From Candidatus Hadarchaeales archaeon (GTDB taxonomy: Archaea; Hadarchaeota; Hadarchaeia; Hadarchaeales; Hadarchaeaceae), in NCBI GenBank assembly GCA_038851565.1, contig JAWCKV010000005.1, positions 1 to 31,981 of the forward strand: DNA of 31,981 nucleotides, written 5' to 3'. Under the pieces are notes generated by a model, which saw only the letters and a program-made list of their open reading frames with translations, was not told the origin of the DNA and searched no databases. How positions within the stretch are numbered: the stretch's first letter is position 1; every line of letters begins with the position of its first letter. Made by a program: the position numbers and the translations under genes. Positions 9,285-17,531 of this stretch are shown piece after piece.

Positions 9285-9346
9285 AACACAACACGAGAAA
9301 CAGTTTCCTGTTTCCTCGGCTTTTCCTCAGAAAAGCCCGTTGTGTT
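9285..9346 (-). ncRNA. Candidate structured 5'-UTR RNA (three-way junction)
   Basis: P1 AACACAAC/GUUGUGUU (8 bp) encloses P2 GGCUUUUC-UGAG-GAAAAGCC (8 bp) and P3 GAAACAG-GAAA-CUGUUUC (7 bp, GNRA loop). TTTATAAG TATA box at 9377-9370. Confidence 0.65.
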
Positions 9347-9434
9347 CCTCTATTCTTTTGAGGAGGATGCTTATAAAGTGATGGGTGACGACCCGCGCCA
9401 AGGGATTATTATAGGATAAACCAGAGATGGCATA

Positions 9435-10715
9435 GTGAGAACTTGGAAGAGGAAAAGGGAGTCAGCCCCGCCTTCAGTTTTGATCGCTGCGATTGTTCTA
9501 GCAGCTGCTGCCTTTACAGCGCTTCTGTTGATCCCTAGGCCCATGCCGGGCGAACAGCCGCAGGGAGGGGGAGGAGAAACACCTGGGGGCGGCGGACAGC
9601 TGGCCGCATCCTACCTGTATCTCGAAACTGCAAAAATAGTAGACGCAGAGCGCACCGACCTGGAGGCCTTTTCCATAATAGTTCCCTCCGAATGGGAAAT
9701 CCAGGGAGGGATAACGTGGCGAACCGACAGGCCTCTTCTCCCCGCATCCCTGGATTTCAGCGTCAGCGGGGCCGAAGGTCTGAGGCTAGAGGTTCTTCCG
9801 GATGAGGCATACTTCTGGGTTGAGGGATATGGCCTCCTGATACCGTATGACTATGGGCCCGAACTCCGCGCGCTTTATGCCATGTACTATCAAGGATACG
9901 GGATGTCACAGGCAATGGGGGCCGGAGACTACATATCCGAGATAGTGATCCCAAGATATCGCCACGGCGTCACCGACCTCCGCACCATCGACGAAATTCC
10001 GCTGGGAGAAAGCGAGCTGGTCTCCTGGATTGAAAACACGATGGCGCAGCGCCCCGAAGGGCCGTTCCTGGAGGAGGTGACGGTTGATGCGGCGGGGCTG
10101 CGGGTGAGATACGTTGAAAACGGCGAAAATGTGGAGGAGGAGATATGGACCATTATCTTGGTAGATACCTTCCGTACCACACCGGAGATGGAGCAGACCA
10201 CGGGGGCGAGGATTATAGAAACCTTCTGGTACCCGTGCGGCATATGGTCGCTCAGGTCTGCGGGAGAGCTTACCCCGGAAAACACAAAGTTGCTCATGAG
10301 CATTCTCAATTCCTTCAGATGGAACCAGAACTGGCTCGATGAATACGCCCGGCTTCTAACTGACATATGGCGGGAGTTCCTTGAGGGGATAATGGAGAGC
10401 CACCAGATCCTCACCCGCATGCAGAACGAGGTGACGAGGATAATAGAGACCACCTTCTCAAACCAGGAGGCGGTAATGGAGAGGACATCGGAGGAGTGGA
10501 GCCAGGTCATCAGAGGGGTGGAAGCCTACGATCCAGAGCCTGGACTTGTGGAATTCGGCGCGGTCGATTTGCCATCCGTTGAGCTTCCAAACGGTTACGA
10601 CTATGCATGGACCAATCGCCTGGGGGACTACATCCTGACTGACAGCGCGCTGTTCAATCCAAATGTTGACCTCGAAACAAACTACGACTGGGTGCAGATG
10701 GCCAAAAGAGGGTGA
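9435..10715 (+). CDS. Hypothetical membrane-anchored or secreted protein
   Basis: 426 aa. Basic N-terminus, one hydrophobic helix, Gly/Pro linker (GEQPQGGGGETPGGGG), then an acidic, aromatic-rich ectodomain. Confidence 0.8.
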   Translation: MRTWKRKRESAPPSVLIAAIVLAAAAFTALLLIPRPMPGEQPQGGGGETPGGGGQLAASYLYLETAKIVDAERTDLEAFSIIVPSEWEIQGGITWRTDRPLLPASLDFSVSGAEGLRLEVLPDEAYFWVEGYGLLIPYDYGPELRALYAMYYQGYGMSQAMGAGDYISEIVIPRYRHGVTDLRTIDEIPLGESELVSWIENTMAQRPEGPFLEEVTVDAAGLRVRYVENGENVEEEIWTIILVDTFRTTPEMEQTTGARIIETFWYPCGIWSLRSAGELTPENTKLLMSILNSFRWNQNWLDEYARLLTDIWREFLEGIMESHQILTRMQNEVTRIIETTFSNQEAVMERTSEEWSQVIRGVEAYDPEPGLVEFGAVDLPSVELPNGYDYAWTNRLGDYILTDSALFNPNVDLETNYDWVQMAKRG

Positions 10716-10760
10716 TGACGGGAAAGCCCTCTTGGACCGCCAACCGTCGTTTCTGAAACA

Positions 10761-10848
10761 TGGTGGACCCAGCGGGACTCGAACCCGCGACCTCTGGCTT
10801 TTTCGGAAAACATGCGAAGCCAGCGCTCTACCACTGAGCTATGGGCCC
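10761..10848 (-). tRNA. tRNA-Ala(CGC) with a 13-nt intron (10800-10812) and encoded CCA
   Basis: GGGCCCATAGCTCAGTGGTAGAGCGCTGGCTTCGCA[TGTTTTCCGAAAA]AGCCAGAGGTCGCGGGTTCGAGTCCCGCTGGGTCCACCA. G3:U70 Ala identity pair; intron at position 37/38 forms a bulge-helix-bulge. Confidence 0.96.
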
Positions 10849-10874
10849 ACCATTCTTACAGGCACGTGACGGCC

Positions 10875-11486
10875 TTATTTCCTTTGCTCCACGCACCTCT
10901 GCAGGAAATACTCGTGCAATCTCGTATCCGATGTGAGCTCCGGATGAAAGGCCGTCGCGGTTAAATTGCTCTGAACTGCCCCCACAATTTTTCCCTGAAA
11001 TTCCGCTATCGGCCTGGCCTCTCCCCAGATCCTGCTGATCACCGGCGCCCTTATGAAGACGCATGGAAACGGCTTCTCGCCCAGGAGGGGGATGCTGAGA
11101 TCCGCCTCAAATGACTCCCTCTGCCTTCCGAAGGCATTTCTCACCACCTCCATGTCCATCAATCCGAGAAGCGGCTGGCCTGTCCTCTCCACCTGTTCGT
11201 CGCCCTTCTTCGCCAGCAGGATCAGCCCGGCGCACGTTCCCAGGATGGGGACGCCGGACCCGCCAAGCCTCCTGACCGCCTCAAAGGTCCCCGTCCTCTG
11301 CATCAGCTTCCCTATCGTCGTGCTCTCTCCGCCCGGAATTATCACGCCATGAACGTCCATCAATTCCTCTGGACGAACCGCCCACATCGCCCTACCCTCC
11401 ACGCCCATGTTCCGAAGGGCCTGCCTGACCATGGCGATGTGCTCGGAGACAGCGCCCTGCAGCCCTATCACGGCTATCCTGAGCAT
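10875..11486 (-). CDS. pdxT: Pyridoxal 5'-phosphate synthase glutaminase subunit
   Basis: LQGAVSEH, IPGGESTT, GTCAGLI, RNAFGRQRESFE, FIRAP and FHPEL. Start at ATG 11486 (MLRIAV) with AGGTG upstream. Confidence 0.96.
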   Translation of the reverse strand: MLRIAVIGLQGAVSEHIAMVRQALRNMGVEGRAMWAVRPEELMDVHGVIIPGGESTTIGKLMQRTGTFEAVRRLGGSGVPILGTCAGLILLAKKGDEQVERTGQPLLGLMDMEVVRNAFGRQRESFEADLSIPLLGEKPFPCVFIRAPVISRIWGEARPIAEFQGKIVGAVQSNLTATAFHPELTSDTRLHEYFLQRCVEQRK

Positions 11487-11622
11487 GTGAACACACCTAC
11501 TTCCCTCAAAAGCTTCACCCTTATGAACGTGTCGAATCACGGCCGCACACATTCCGCCATTTTTTTATGCGTGGAGAAAGAGTAACTTCGGGATTGTCCT
11601 GATAGGTCCAGCGGAGTTCAAG

Positions 11623-13812
11623 GTGAGGGCGCTGGGTCCCATACGGGTGGCTGAGTTCGACTGTCATGGCTGCGATGGACCGGCGACCCTGAACAGCGAG
11701 ACGTGCAGGGGCTGCCTTTTGGAAAGGATTGGGGCAGAGGGGGAAGTGGACTGGACCTCCATAGGGAGGGAGATAACGAGGGTATACACGTCCAAGGACC
11801 TTCACAGGCTGGCCGAGGCCATAGCCACAGCGAAACGCATGGTGATCGACATGCTGATGAGCGAAGGATCAGGGAAAAAAGGGAGCGGACTGAGCACCGC
11901 GGGGGAAAGGGCGGTGAAGGAGCTCTTCAGGGCTGTGGCCGAGAACCCGCACGAGCCGGACGAAAAGGCGCTCAAAAACGCAAGGCGCCTGTTCACGGAG
12001 GCCTACGGGAAATCCGGTGAGACGCTCTTCAGCAGGGCAAAGGAGATCGTGGATAATTCGCTCGGGGAGCTCAAGTTCCTCAAGAGGCTATCGCCGGACG
12101 CCTACGACAGGTTCTTCCGCTGCAGGCTGAAACCGTTTTTTGTCGAGGGAGTATGGCACGATCCCCCGGAGAACTCCAGGCTCCTGGAGAGCTATTCCCT
12201 TCCAGGGGGAAAGGGCAAGGTCTCCATATACGAAAGGGAGGACTCCCCCGTGCCCTTCTACCACCTCAGCCTGCCGGAGTTCAACACCCCGCAGGAAAAG
12301 CTGTTGCTCCTGTACAGGGCCTTCAGGGTGGAGATGGAGGGAGCACCGGGCCACGCGCGGTTTGCCAGATCGGGCGCTGTCAGGCACTTCGCGGAGGAGT
12401 GGTATGCAGCGCTGATGCACATGGTCAGGGAAAGGGAGGAAAAGCTCGGCTCCGAGGAGATACGGGAGCTTGCTGGGACGATGGCGAACTGGCTGGCGTA
12501 CAGGGCGCTGGAGGCCCTCTCACACGACGACAGGATAACCGACATCTACATACATGCCCCCCCAGAGCTTCAGCCGGTCTTCCTCGAGCACGAGAGGTGG
12601 GGAAAGGTGGAGACGGGGATATTTCTCACCACTCCCTCCATGCTGGCGCTTGGGGAAACGCTCGCCTCAAGGCTCGGAACGGCATTCGATGAGGTTCATC
12701 CACAGCTCGACGCCGAGATACCGGAGCTCGGCATCAGGCTCTTCCTCAGCCGCTACCCAGCCATATGGGCGAGAAGCGTGGAGGTCGCGGTGAGGAGGAG
12801 AAGGTCCAAGCCATGGACCCAGCCGCTGTTTCTTGACAGAGGAACCCTGACCCCTCTGGCCAGCTCTTTGCTCGGAAACCTCCTGAGGCTGGGCTCAAGC
12901 GCCTTCGTCATAGGGGAGATGGGCACGGCAAAGACATCGCAGGTGGAGACATACGTCCCCGAGATAGGCCCGGACAACAGGATCATCGCGTTTCAGGACA
13001 CGGAGGAGCTCCACGTTGAGGACTTCGTGAGGGAGGGGTACAAGATGGCCAACGTCAGGGTATCGGACCCGGAGCACCTCGAACATCAAGTGAACGCCTT
13101 CCTGAGGGGCGGGGCAAGCTACTGGCTTATAACCGAGGTCAGGGCAGCGGAGGCCGTGAGGGCTGCCCTTGGCGCGGCGGCCAGGCAGGGGTCACAGCCG
13201 GTCGTGGCGAGCTTCCACTCCAGGAGCAAGCGCGAGATGTACGACCTCATCGTGCACATAATGGGCCTCCACCCGGCAGCCTTCAGATACATTGACCTCA
13301 TCATAGGGACCGCAAGGTTCACCACGCGCTCCGGGACAATCAGGAGGATCGTCGAGGTGTCCGAGGTCCTCAAGGAGTGGAAGGACGAGCCCCAGTACGT
13401 CGAGCTCTTCACCGATGACAGAAAAAGGGACCTCCTTCTCCCCAAGAACATCCTCAGGGGAAACAGGTCGCTGCTTGAAAAGATCAACTCCTTCGACCTG
13501 TCAAGGGTCCAACCCGAGGAAGCCGCAAAATCGCTCGAGTTCCTCGCGCCAGAGGACGGAGGCAGCCATCTCATCCCCTCGCTCTGCGGGAGGCTCGGGC
13601 TGGATCAGAGGGAGTTCCTCGAGAGGGTGATTGCAGAGGCGAGGATGAAATCCGACATCCTCGTGCTTGCGAGGAAAAACGGGAGCCCGGAACTGCTTGA
13701 GCTTCCCTTCGTCAGCAGGGCCTACGGCGCATTTTTCTCCAGCGTAAAGAAACACGCCCCAGATTACGGCAAGGTCATGGAGGAGTGGCGCGCTTGGCTG
13801 AAAAGGGCCTGA
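11623..13812 (+). CDS. Type II/IV secretion (PilB/TadA/FlaI-like) ATPase with an N-terminal Cys4 domain and divergent motifs
   Basis: DDRITDIYI; Walker A-like GEMGTAKTS; Asp box-like FQDTEEL; Walker B-like YWLITEVR; His box-like ASFHS; RRIVEVSEV. N-terminal CHGC...CRGC. The frame is open upstream, so the exact start is uncertain. Confidence 0.88.
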   Translation: MRALGPIRVAEFDCHGCDGPATLNSETCRGCLLERIGAEGEVDWTSIGREITRVYTSKDLHRLAEAIATAKRMVIDMLMSEGSGKKGSGLSTAGERAVKELFRAVAENPHEPDEKALKNARRLFTEAYGKSGETLFSRAKEIVDNSLGELKFLKRLSPDAYDRFFRCRLKPFFVEGVWHDPPENSRLLESYSLPGGKGKVSIYEREDSPVPFYHLSLPEFNTPQEKLLLLYRAFRVEMEGAPGHARFARSGAVRHFAEEWYAALMHMVREREEKLGSEEIRELAGTMANWLAYRALEALSHDDRITDIYIHAPPELQPVFLEHERWGKVETGIFLTTPSMLALGETLASRLGTAFDEVHPQLDAEIPELGIRLFLSRYPAIWARSVEVAVRRRRSKPWTQPLFLDRGTLTPLASSLLGNLLRLGSSAFVIGEMGTAKTSQVETYVPEIGPDNRIIAFQDTEELHVEDFVREGYKMANVRVSDPEHLEHQVNAFLRGGASYWLITEVRAAEAVRAALGAAARQGSQPVVASFHSRSKREMYDLIVHIMGLHPAAFRYIDLIIGTARFTTRSGTIRRIVEVSEVLKEWKDEPQYVELFTDDRKRDLLLPKNILRGNRSLLEKINSFDLSRVQPEEAAKSLEFLAPEDGGSHLIPSLCGRLGLDQREFLERVIAEARMKSDILVLARKNGSPELLELPFVSRAYGAFFSSVKKHAPDYGKVMEEWRAWLKRA

Positions 13813-15752
13813 AACCCCTTCCCGAATCGTTTCCGATGCCTGAGGACGTGCGCTTGGCGATGGAGGGGCTGAAGAAGGGGAAGAGGACGCCGTACGAGCG
13901 ATTTTGCGCAGCCGGGGGGAGGATCTTCGGCCCGCTGGTGAGAGGAAGGAGGATCACGGAAAAATCGAGGAGGGAGATAAGGGAGGCCGGACTCTTGCTG
14001 GAGCCCGAGGAGTGGCTGGGCGGCACCCTCCTCGCGGCGCTCGCTCCTGCGATTGCGTGCGTTGTCCTCTGGATCTCAATGGGAATCCTCGGCCTTGACC
14101 TCCTCTCGCTCCTCTACATGCCGGTGGCGGGGATACTGCTGGGCGGGTTTTCGATGATTGCCTTTCAGGCATACCCATCATCGCTGGCTGCATCCAGAAG
14201 GGCAGATGCACAGGGAAAGGCAATACCCACCATAATGGTGCTCAGCTTTTCGCTTTATCACAGGCCTGACCTGAGGGGAGCTGTGGTTCAGGCCGCGGAC
14301 TCAACCGATGGGAAGCTGGCCGAGGATCTGAGGAGGGGACTGCTGGAGATGGACGAGAAAAGGAAGCACGACACCGTGAGACACCTGCTCACCGTTACGG
14401 CGAACGAATGGGGAAGGACGGACGACAGCATCAGGCAGGCGATATTCGACATCCTGAGGTCCACGGGAACAAAGGACGAGTCGGCAAGGGTAATGGACAT
14501 CTCAAGGGCCCCAATGCGGGCACTTGAGGGAATGGACGAGCAGCTCACCCGGAGGCTCGGCTCTCTGATAATGCCCACGCTCGCGTTTCTCACCTTCAGC
14601 TCCCTCGCCATCATCGCAGTGATCGGGCTCTCCCCTGTGTTCGGGATAATTGGTGCCTCCGCCCTGGACATAAAGTTCTTCATACTCATGTGCGCCCTGC
14701 TTTCCCTGGCCTTCTGGACGTTCACCGCATATATGGCAAGGGGCAGGCCAGCCACGATCCAGATACCGGAGCCTCCCCCAGACGACCCAAGGCTTCCCCC
14801 TCCCGGCAGATGCATCATCGGAGGGGTGAAACTGCCGATATGGCTGCCGCCCCTCCTGGTGATGCTCGCGCTGTCCGTCCCTGGAGTCATTCACGTCATG
14901 GGCTGGGGAAGCGGAGAGATTAGGATGATCGCAGGCAGCCTGAACGTCGTTTGGTTCGTGTGGGCCTTTTCGGCCGCGGTTGCCCTATATGGCTACCTCT
15001 ACTTCTCCCCGAGGCGCAGGGTCCAGGAGGAGGAGAGGAAGAGGATAGCGGACTGGGGCAACGCTCTAAACACAATGGGCTCAAGGATGCTCGACGGAAA
15101 GCCCATTTCTAGCGCAATGACCGAGGCCGGGGAGATGATGGAGGGATCGCCCCTCGCGGAGCAGCTGAAGTCCGCGGGAGCCAAGATGGAAAGATATGGC
15201 ATGGGGCTGATGGATGCCCTGTTCGGAAGGAGCAGGAGGAGCGGAATGGTGGAGAGCTTCCTATCGACTATATCGAGGATAAGGAGCGACAGCGAGCTCG
15301 CTGCCGGACGCGCATGCATGGTGGCCGCAGAGTTCCTGCGAACGCTTCACCGGGTGGAGAGGAACTTCAGGGAGAGAATAGGGGAGGCGCTCAGCAACCT
15401 GTGGCTGGTCGCGGTGCTCCTCATCCCCGTGGTATGCGCGATGTCGGTGTGGGTTATGGACTACATGACAGGGCTCAGCCTAAAGATAGCCGCCCAGGCA
15501 TCCGCGGCAGGGGTGACCGGAATTCCCCTGCTTTTTGGGGTGATGGGATCTGGGGATCTTGCCATCCTCAGGCTGCTCATGGGACTGACAACGGTCGTCC
15601 TCGGCATCATAGTGGCGAGATACATTTCACGCATCCGCGCGGGATCGGACAGGGTGGAGATGTGGGCCTCCGTGGCCAGATCCTCCCTTCTTTCCGCGGC
15701 CGTCTTCACGGCGACAAGCTACCTGCTAACCCTGATAACGGTCGGCATGTGA
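13785..15752 (+). CDS. Type IV pilus/T2SS membrane platform protein (TadC/FlaJ/GspF-like, probably two F-type domains)
   Basis: 655 aa, with TM clusters alternating with two helical cytoplasmic domains (PDLRGAVVQAADSTDGKLAEDL; RMLDGKPISSAM). Overlaps the end of the ATPase gene. Confidence 0.8.
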   Translation: MARLAEKGLKPLPESFPMPEDVRLAMEGLKKGKRTPYERFCAAGGRIFGPLVRGRRITEKSRREIREAGLLLEPEEWLGGTLLAALAPAIACVVLWISMGILGLDLLSLLYMPVAGILLGGFSMIAFQAYPSSLAASRRADAQGKAIPTIMVLSFSLYHRPDLRGAVVQAADSTDGKLAEDLRRGLLEMDEKRKHDTVRHLLTVTANEWGRTDDSIRQAIFDILRSTGTKDESARVMDISRAPMRALEGMDEQLTRRLGSLIMPTLAFLTFSSLAIIAVIGLSPVFGIIGASALDIKFFILMCALLSLAFWTFTAYMARGRPATIQIPEPPPDDPRLPPPGRCIIGGVKLPIWLPPLLVMLALSVPGVIHVMGWGSGEIRMIAGSLNVVWFVWAFSAAVALYGYLYFSPRRRVQEEERKRIADWGNALNTMGSRMLDGKPISSAMTEAGEMMEGSPLAEQLKSAGAKMERYGMGLMDALFGRSRRSGMVESFLSTISRIRSDSELAAGRACMVAAEFLRTLHRVERNFRERIGEALSNLWLVAVLLIPVVCAMSVWVMDYMTGLSLKIAAQASAAGVTGIPLLFGVMGSGDLAILRLLMGLTTVVLGIIVARYISRIRAGSDRVEMWASVARSSLLSAAVFTATSYLLTLITVGM

Positions 15753-15787
15753 TGGGAACGATTAAAAGGACATGCATATGAGGAGAG

Positions 15788-16264
15788 TTGGTGGAAGTGG
15801 TGAAAAACTTGAGATACGGGCCGTTTGGCGATGAAACGGGCGTTGAGCCCCTGGCGATGAAGCTCTTCGCCGGCATCGTCCTTCTCGTCATAGGCCTCAG
15901 CATAGCATATGCCATATACACCTGGGCGGGAAAGACATCGCAGGGGATGCTGTCCTTCAGCGTCAGCCTTTCGCCAAACTCCATCACCGTCCAAATTCCC
16001 GACAGCGGGACGGCCACCAGGAATATATCTGTGACCGTCTCCAGGATCGGCACATATGAGGGAACTGTGACGCTGTCGGCAACCGGCCAGCCTGGCGGCG
16101 TGAGCGTGAGCTTTTCACCGGAAAGCGGGGTGCCAACTTTTGGCTCCACCATGACCATAACCGTTGACAGCGGCGCAAGCGCTGGGACGACCACCCTGAC
16201 TGTCAGGGCCACGGGAGCCGATGGTACCCAGCAGACCGCAACTCTTCAGCTCACGCTGGAGTAA
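15788..16264 (+). CDS. Pilin-like protein with a C-terminal Ig-like beta-sandwich
   Basis: Short charged leader ending DETG, hydrophobic helix (MKLFAGIVLLVIGLSIAYAIY), then a Ser/Thr-rich beta domain (FSVSLSP...GTVTLSATGQPGGVSVSFSP...LTVRATG). Own GAGGAG SD; start may be GTG 15791. Confidence 0.72.
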   Translation: MVEVVKNLRYGPFGDETGVEPLAMKLFAGIVLLVIGLSIAYAIYTWAGKTSQGMLSFSVSLSPNSITVQIPDSGTATRNISVTVSRIGTYEGTVTLSATGQPGGVSVSFSPESGVPTFGSTMTITVDSGASAGTTTLTVRATGADGTQQTATLQLTLE

Positions 16265-16270
16265 ATACCC

Positions 16271-16630
16271 ATGCCAGCCCTCAGAACCCTGGGAATCCTG
16301 ATCCTCTCGTTGATGGCAGTTGGCATCGGTTTTTTAGGATTTCTGGCCCTGAGGGCGATATCCGAGGAGGCGACCGCCAGGGAAGCCGCAACTAACGTGG
16401 GCAATGCCTGTCAGATGGTCATAAACGCCGGAGGGAGGAGGACCCTGAGGATATATCTCCCCGGGAACTTCACGATGAGGCTAAGAGATAACCTGATATC
16501 GGTCGACGGCCATTCAGTCCCAGAGGGCGGCCTCTCCCTCCGTTTCGCCGATGAGTACATCATAGGACCCGGGGAACATAACGTTGACATCTGGGAGAAC
16601 GGTGGAAGGCTGGTGGTGGAATGGACCTGA
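16271..16630 (+). CDS. Pilin-like / single-TM accessory protein
   Basis: 119 aa: N-terminal hydrophobic helix, amphipathic helix, then beta-rich C-terminus. Lies within the pilus operon. Confidence 0.65.
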   Translation: MPALRTLGILILSLMAVGIGFLGFLALRAISEEATAREAATNVGNACQMVINAGGRRTLRIYLPGNFTMRLRDNLISVDGHSVPEGGLSLRFADEYIIGPGEHNVDIWENGGRLVVEWT

Positions 16631-17043
16631 TAAGGATCTTCAAGGCCATCATGACCGCTCTCATCATAGTGGTCTTCATCCTCCTCCTCTTCTCGGCATA
16701 CCAGCATTACCGGTTCGCCGTGTCCACCGCAGGACTTATAGACGCGACGTCGACAGCTGCAAATGACCTGGTCCTCAACGACCTGGCGCTTCGGGAGGGC
16801 GGTACGGTCGTGGCATATGTGATCGATCCCACCAGAATTGATTCCCTATCGTTTTCCAAGCTGATAGGCGGGGAGAACCTCGCATACAGGATAGAGCTCT
16901 CAAGCGCTGAAACCACGTGGATCGGGGGACCGGTCGATATCCCCGAGGGGAGGGAAGCATGTTCGATGGAGCTACCGGTCGTCATCTTCGAGAACTTCAG
17001 GCATGTGCCGGGAAGGATGAGGGTGGTGCTGTGGAGGGCATGA
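16621..17043 (+). CDS. Minor pilin-like protein
   Basis: FKA|IMTALIIVVFILLLF fits the class III signal pattern [KR][GA]|hydrophobic. Overlaps both neighbours. Confidence 0.65.
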   Translation: MDLIRIFKAIMTALIIVVFILLLFSAYQHYRFAVSTAGLIDATSTAANDLVLNDLALREGGTVVAYVIDPTRIDSLSFSKLIGGENLAYRIELSSAETTWIGGPVDIPEGREACSMELPVVIFENFRHVPGRMRVVLWRA

Positions 17044-17531
17044 GGGGAGAGAGGGGAATAAGCGACGTCCTCAGCATTGCGATGATGCTCCTCATCGCGA
17101 TTCTCTCCGGGACCCTGCTGCACTCCTACGGCTCAGATGCCATACCCGCGGCAAACGGCAGACAGCTTCAGATGAGGGTGGAATATGCGTACAAGGTGTT
17201 GGAGCTCTCCCAGATGGAGAACTCCTCGCTCACGTACCTCGAGGCGATATCGGAGAACCTGGTCATGGAAAACCTGGGGGCGGAGGCCATAGTCCCGGGC
17301 GACTACACTCGGGAGCGCGTTGAGAACGTGCTTGGGTCCATATGCCCGCAGGGCTATGGCCTCGAGCTCGAGCTGAAATATCGCGGGAACACATGGCTCC
17401 AGCGCTACCCGCCAGATCTCCCGGGGCATGGGGAGTACTACGAATTTTCCGGAAAGGTGACGCTGGTCGTGGCCAGGGTGAAGACGATTGCCCAGGTGGA
17501 CGCGAGCCTGAAGATGTTTCCGGTGATGTGA
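17040..17531 (+). CDS. Minor pilin-like protein with class III signal peptide
   Basis: True start is probably ATG 17040 (ATGA overlap, GGAGG upstream): MRGERG|ISDVLSIAMMLLIAILSG, 163 aa. Confidence 0.78.
   Translation: MRGERGISDVLSIAMMLLIAILSGTLLHSYGSDAIPAANGRQLQMRVEYAYKVLELSQMENSSLTYLEAISENLVMENLGAEAIVPGDYTRERVENVLGSICPQGYGLELELKYRGNTWLQRYPPDLPGHGEYYEFSGKVTLVVARVKTIAQVDASLKMFPVM

Noticed and set aside
9295..9335. Hammerhead-ribozyme-like words CUGAGGA and GAAA in the structured leader (minus strand)
   Set aside because: No stem II can form between CUGAGGA and GAAA, no stem I flanks the core, and both words are buried in other perfect helices.
8965..9381. 138-aa plus-strand ORF and 65-aa minus-strand ORF (9054-9251)
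   Set aside because: Shadow frames of the real 57-aa CxxC-x17-CxxC gene and its leader.
7440..10760. Integrated element at the tRNA-Ala 3' end
   Set aside because: I found no duplicated tRNA 3' fragment (att site) and no integrase or transposase. At most this is an old variable islet.
16917..17530. Long N-terminal extensions given by the ORF track for the last two pilin-like genes (starts 16917 and 17342)
   Set aside because: They overlap upstream genes extensively. Starts at 17040 and 17531 give SD sites, stop/start coupling and proper class III leaders.
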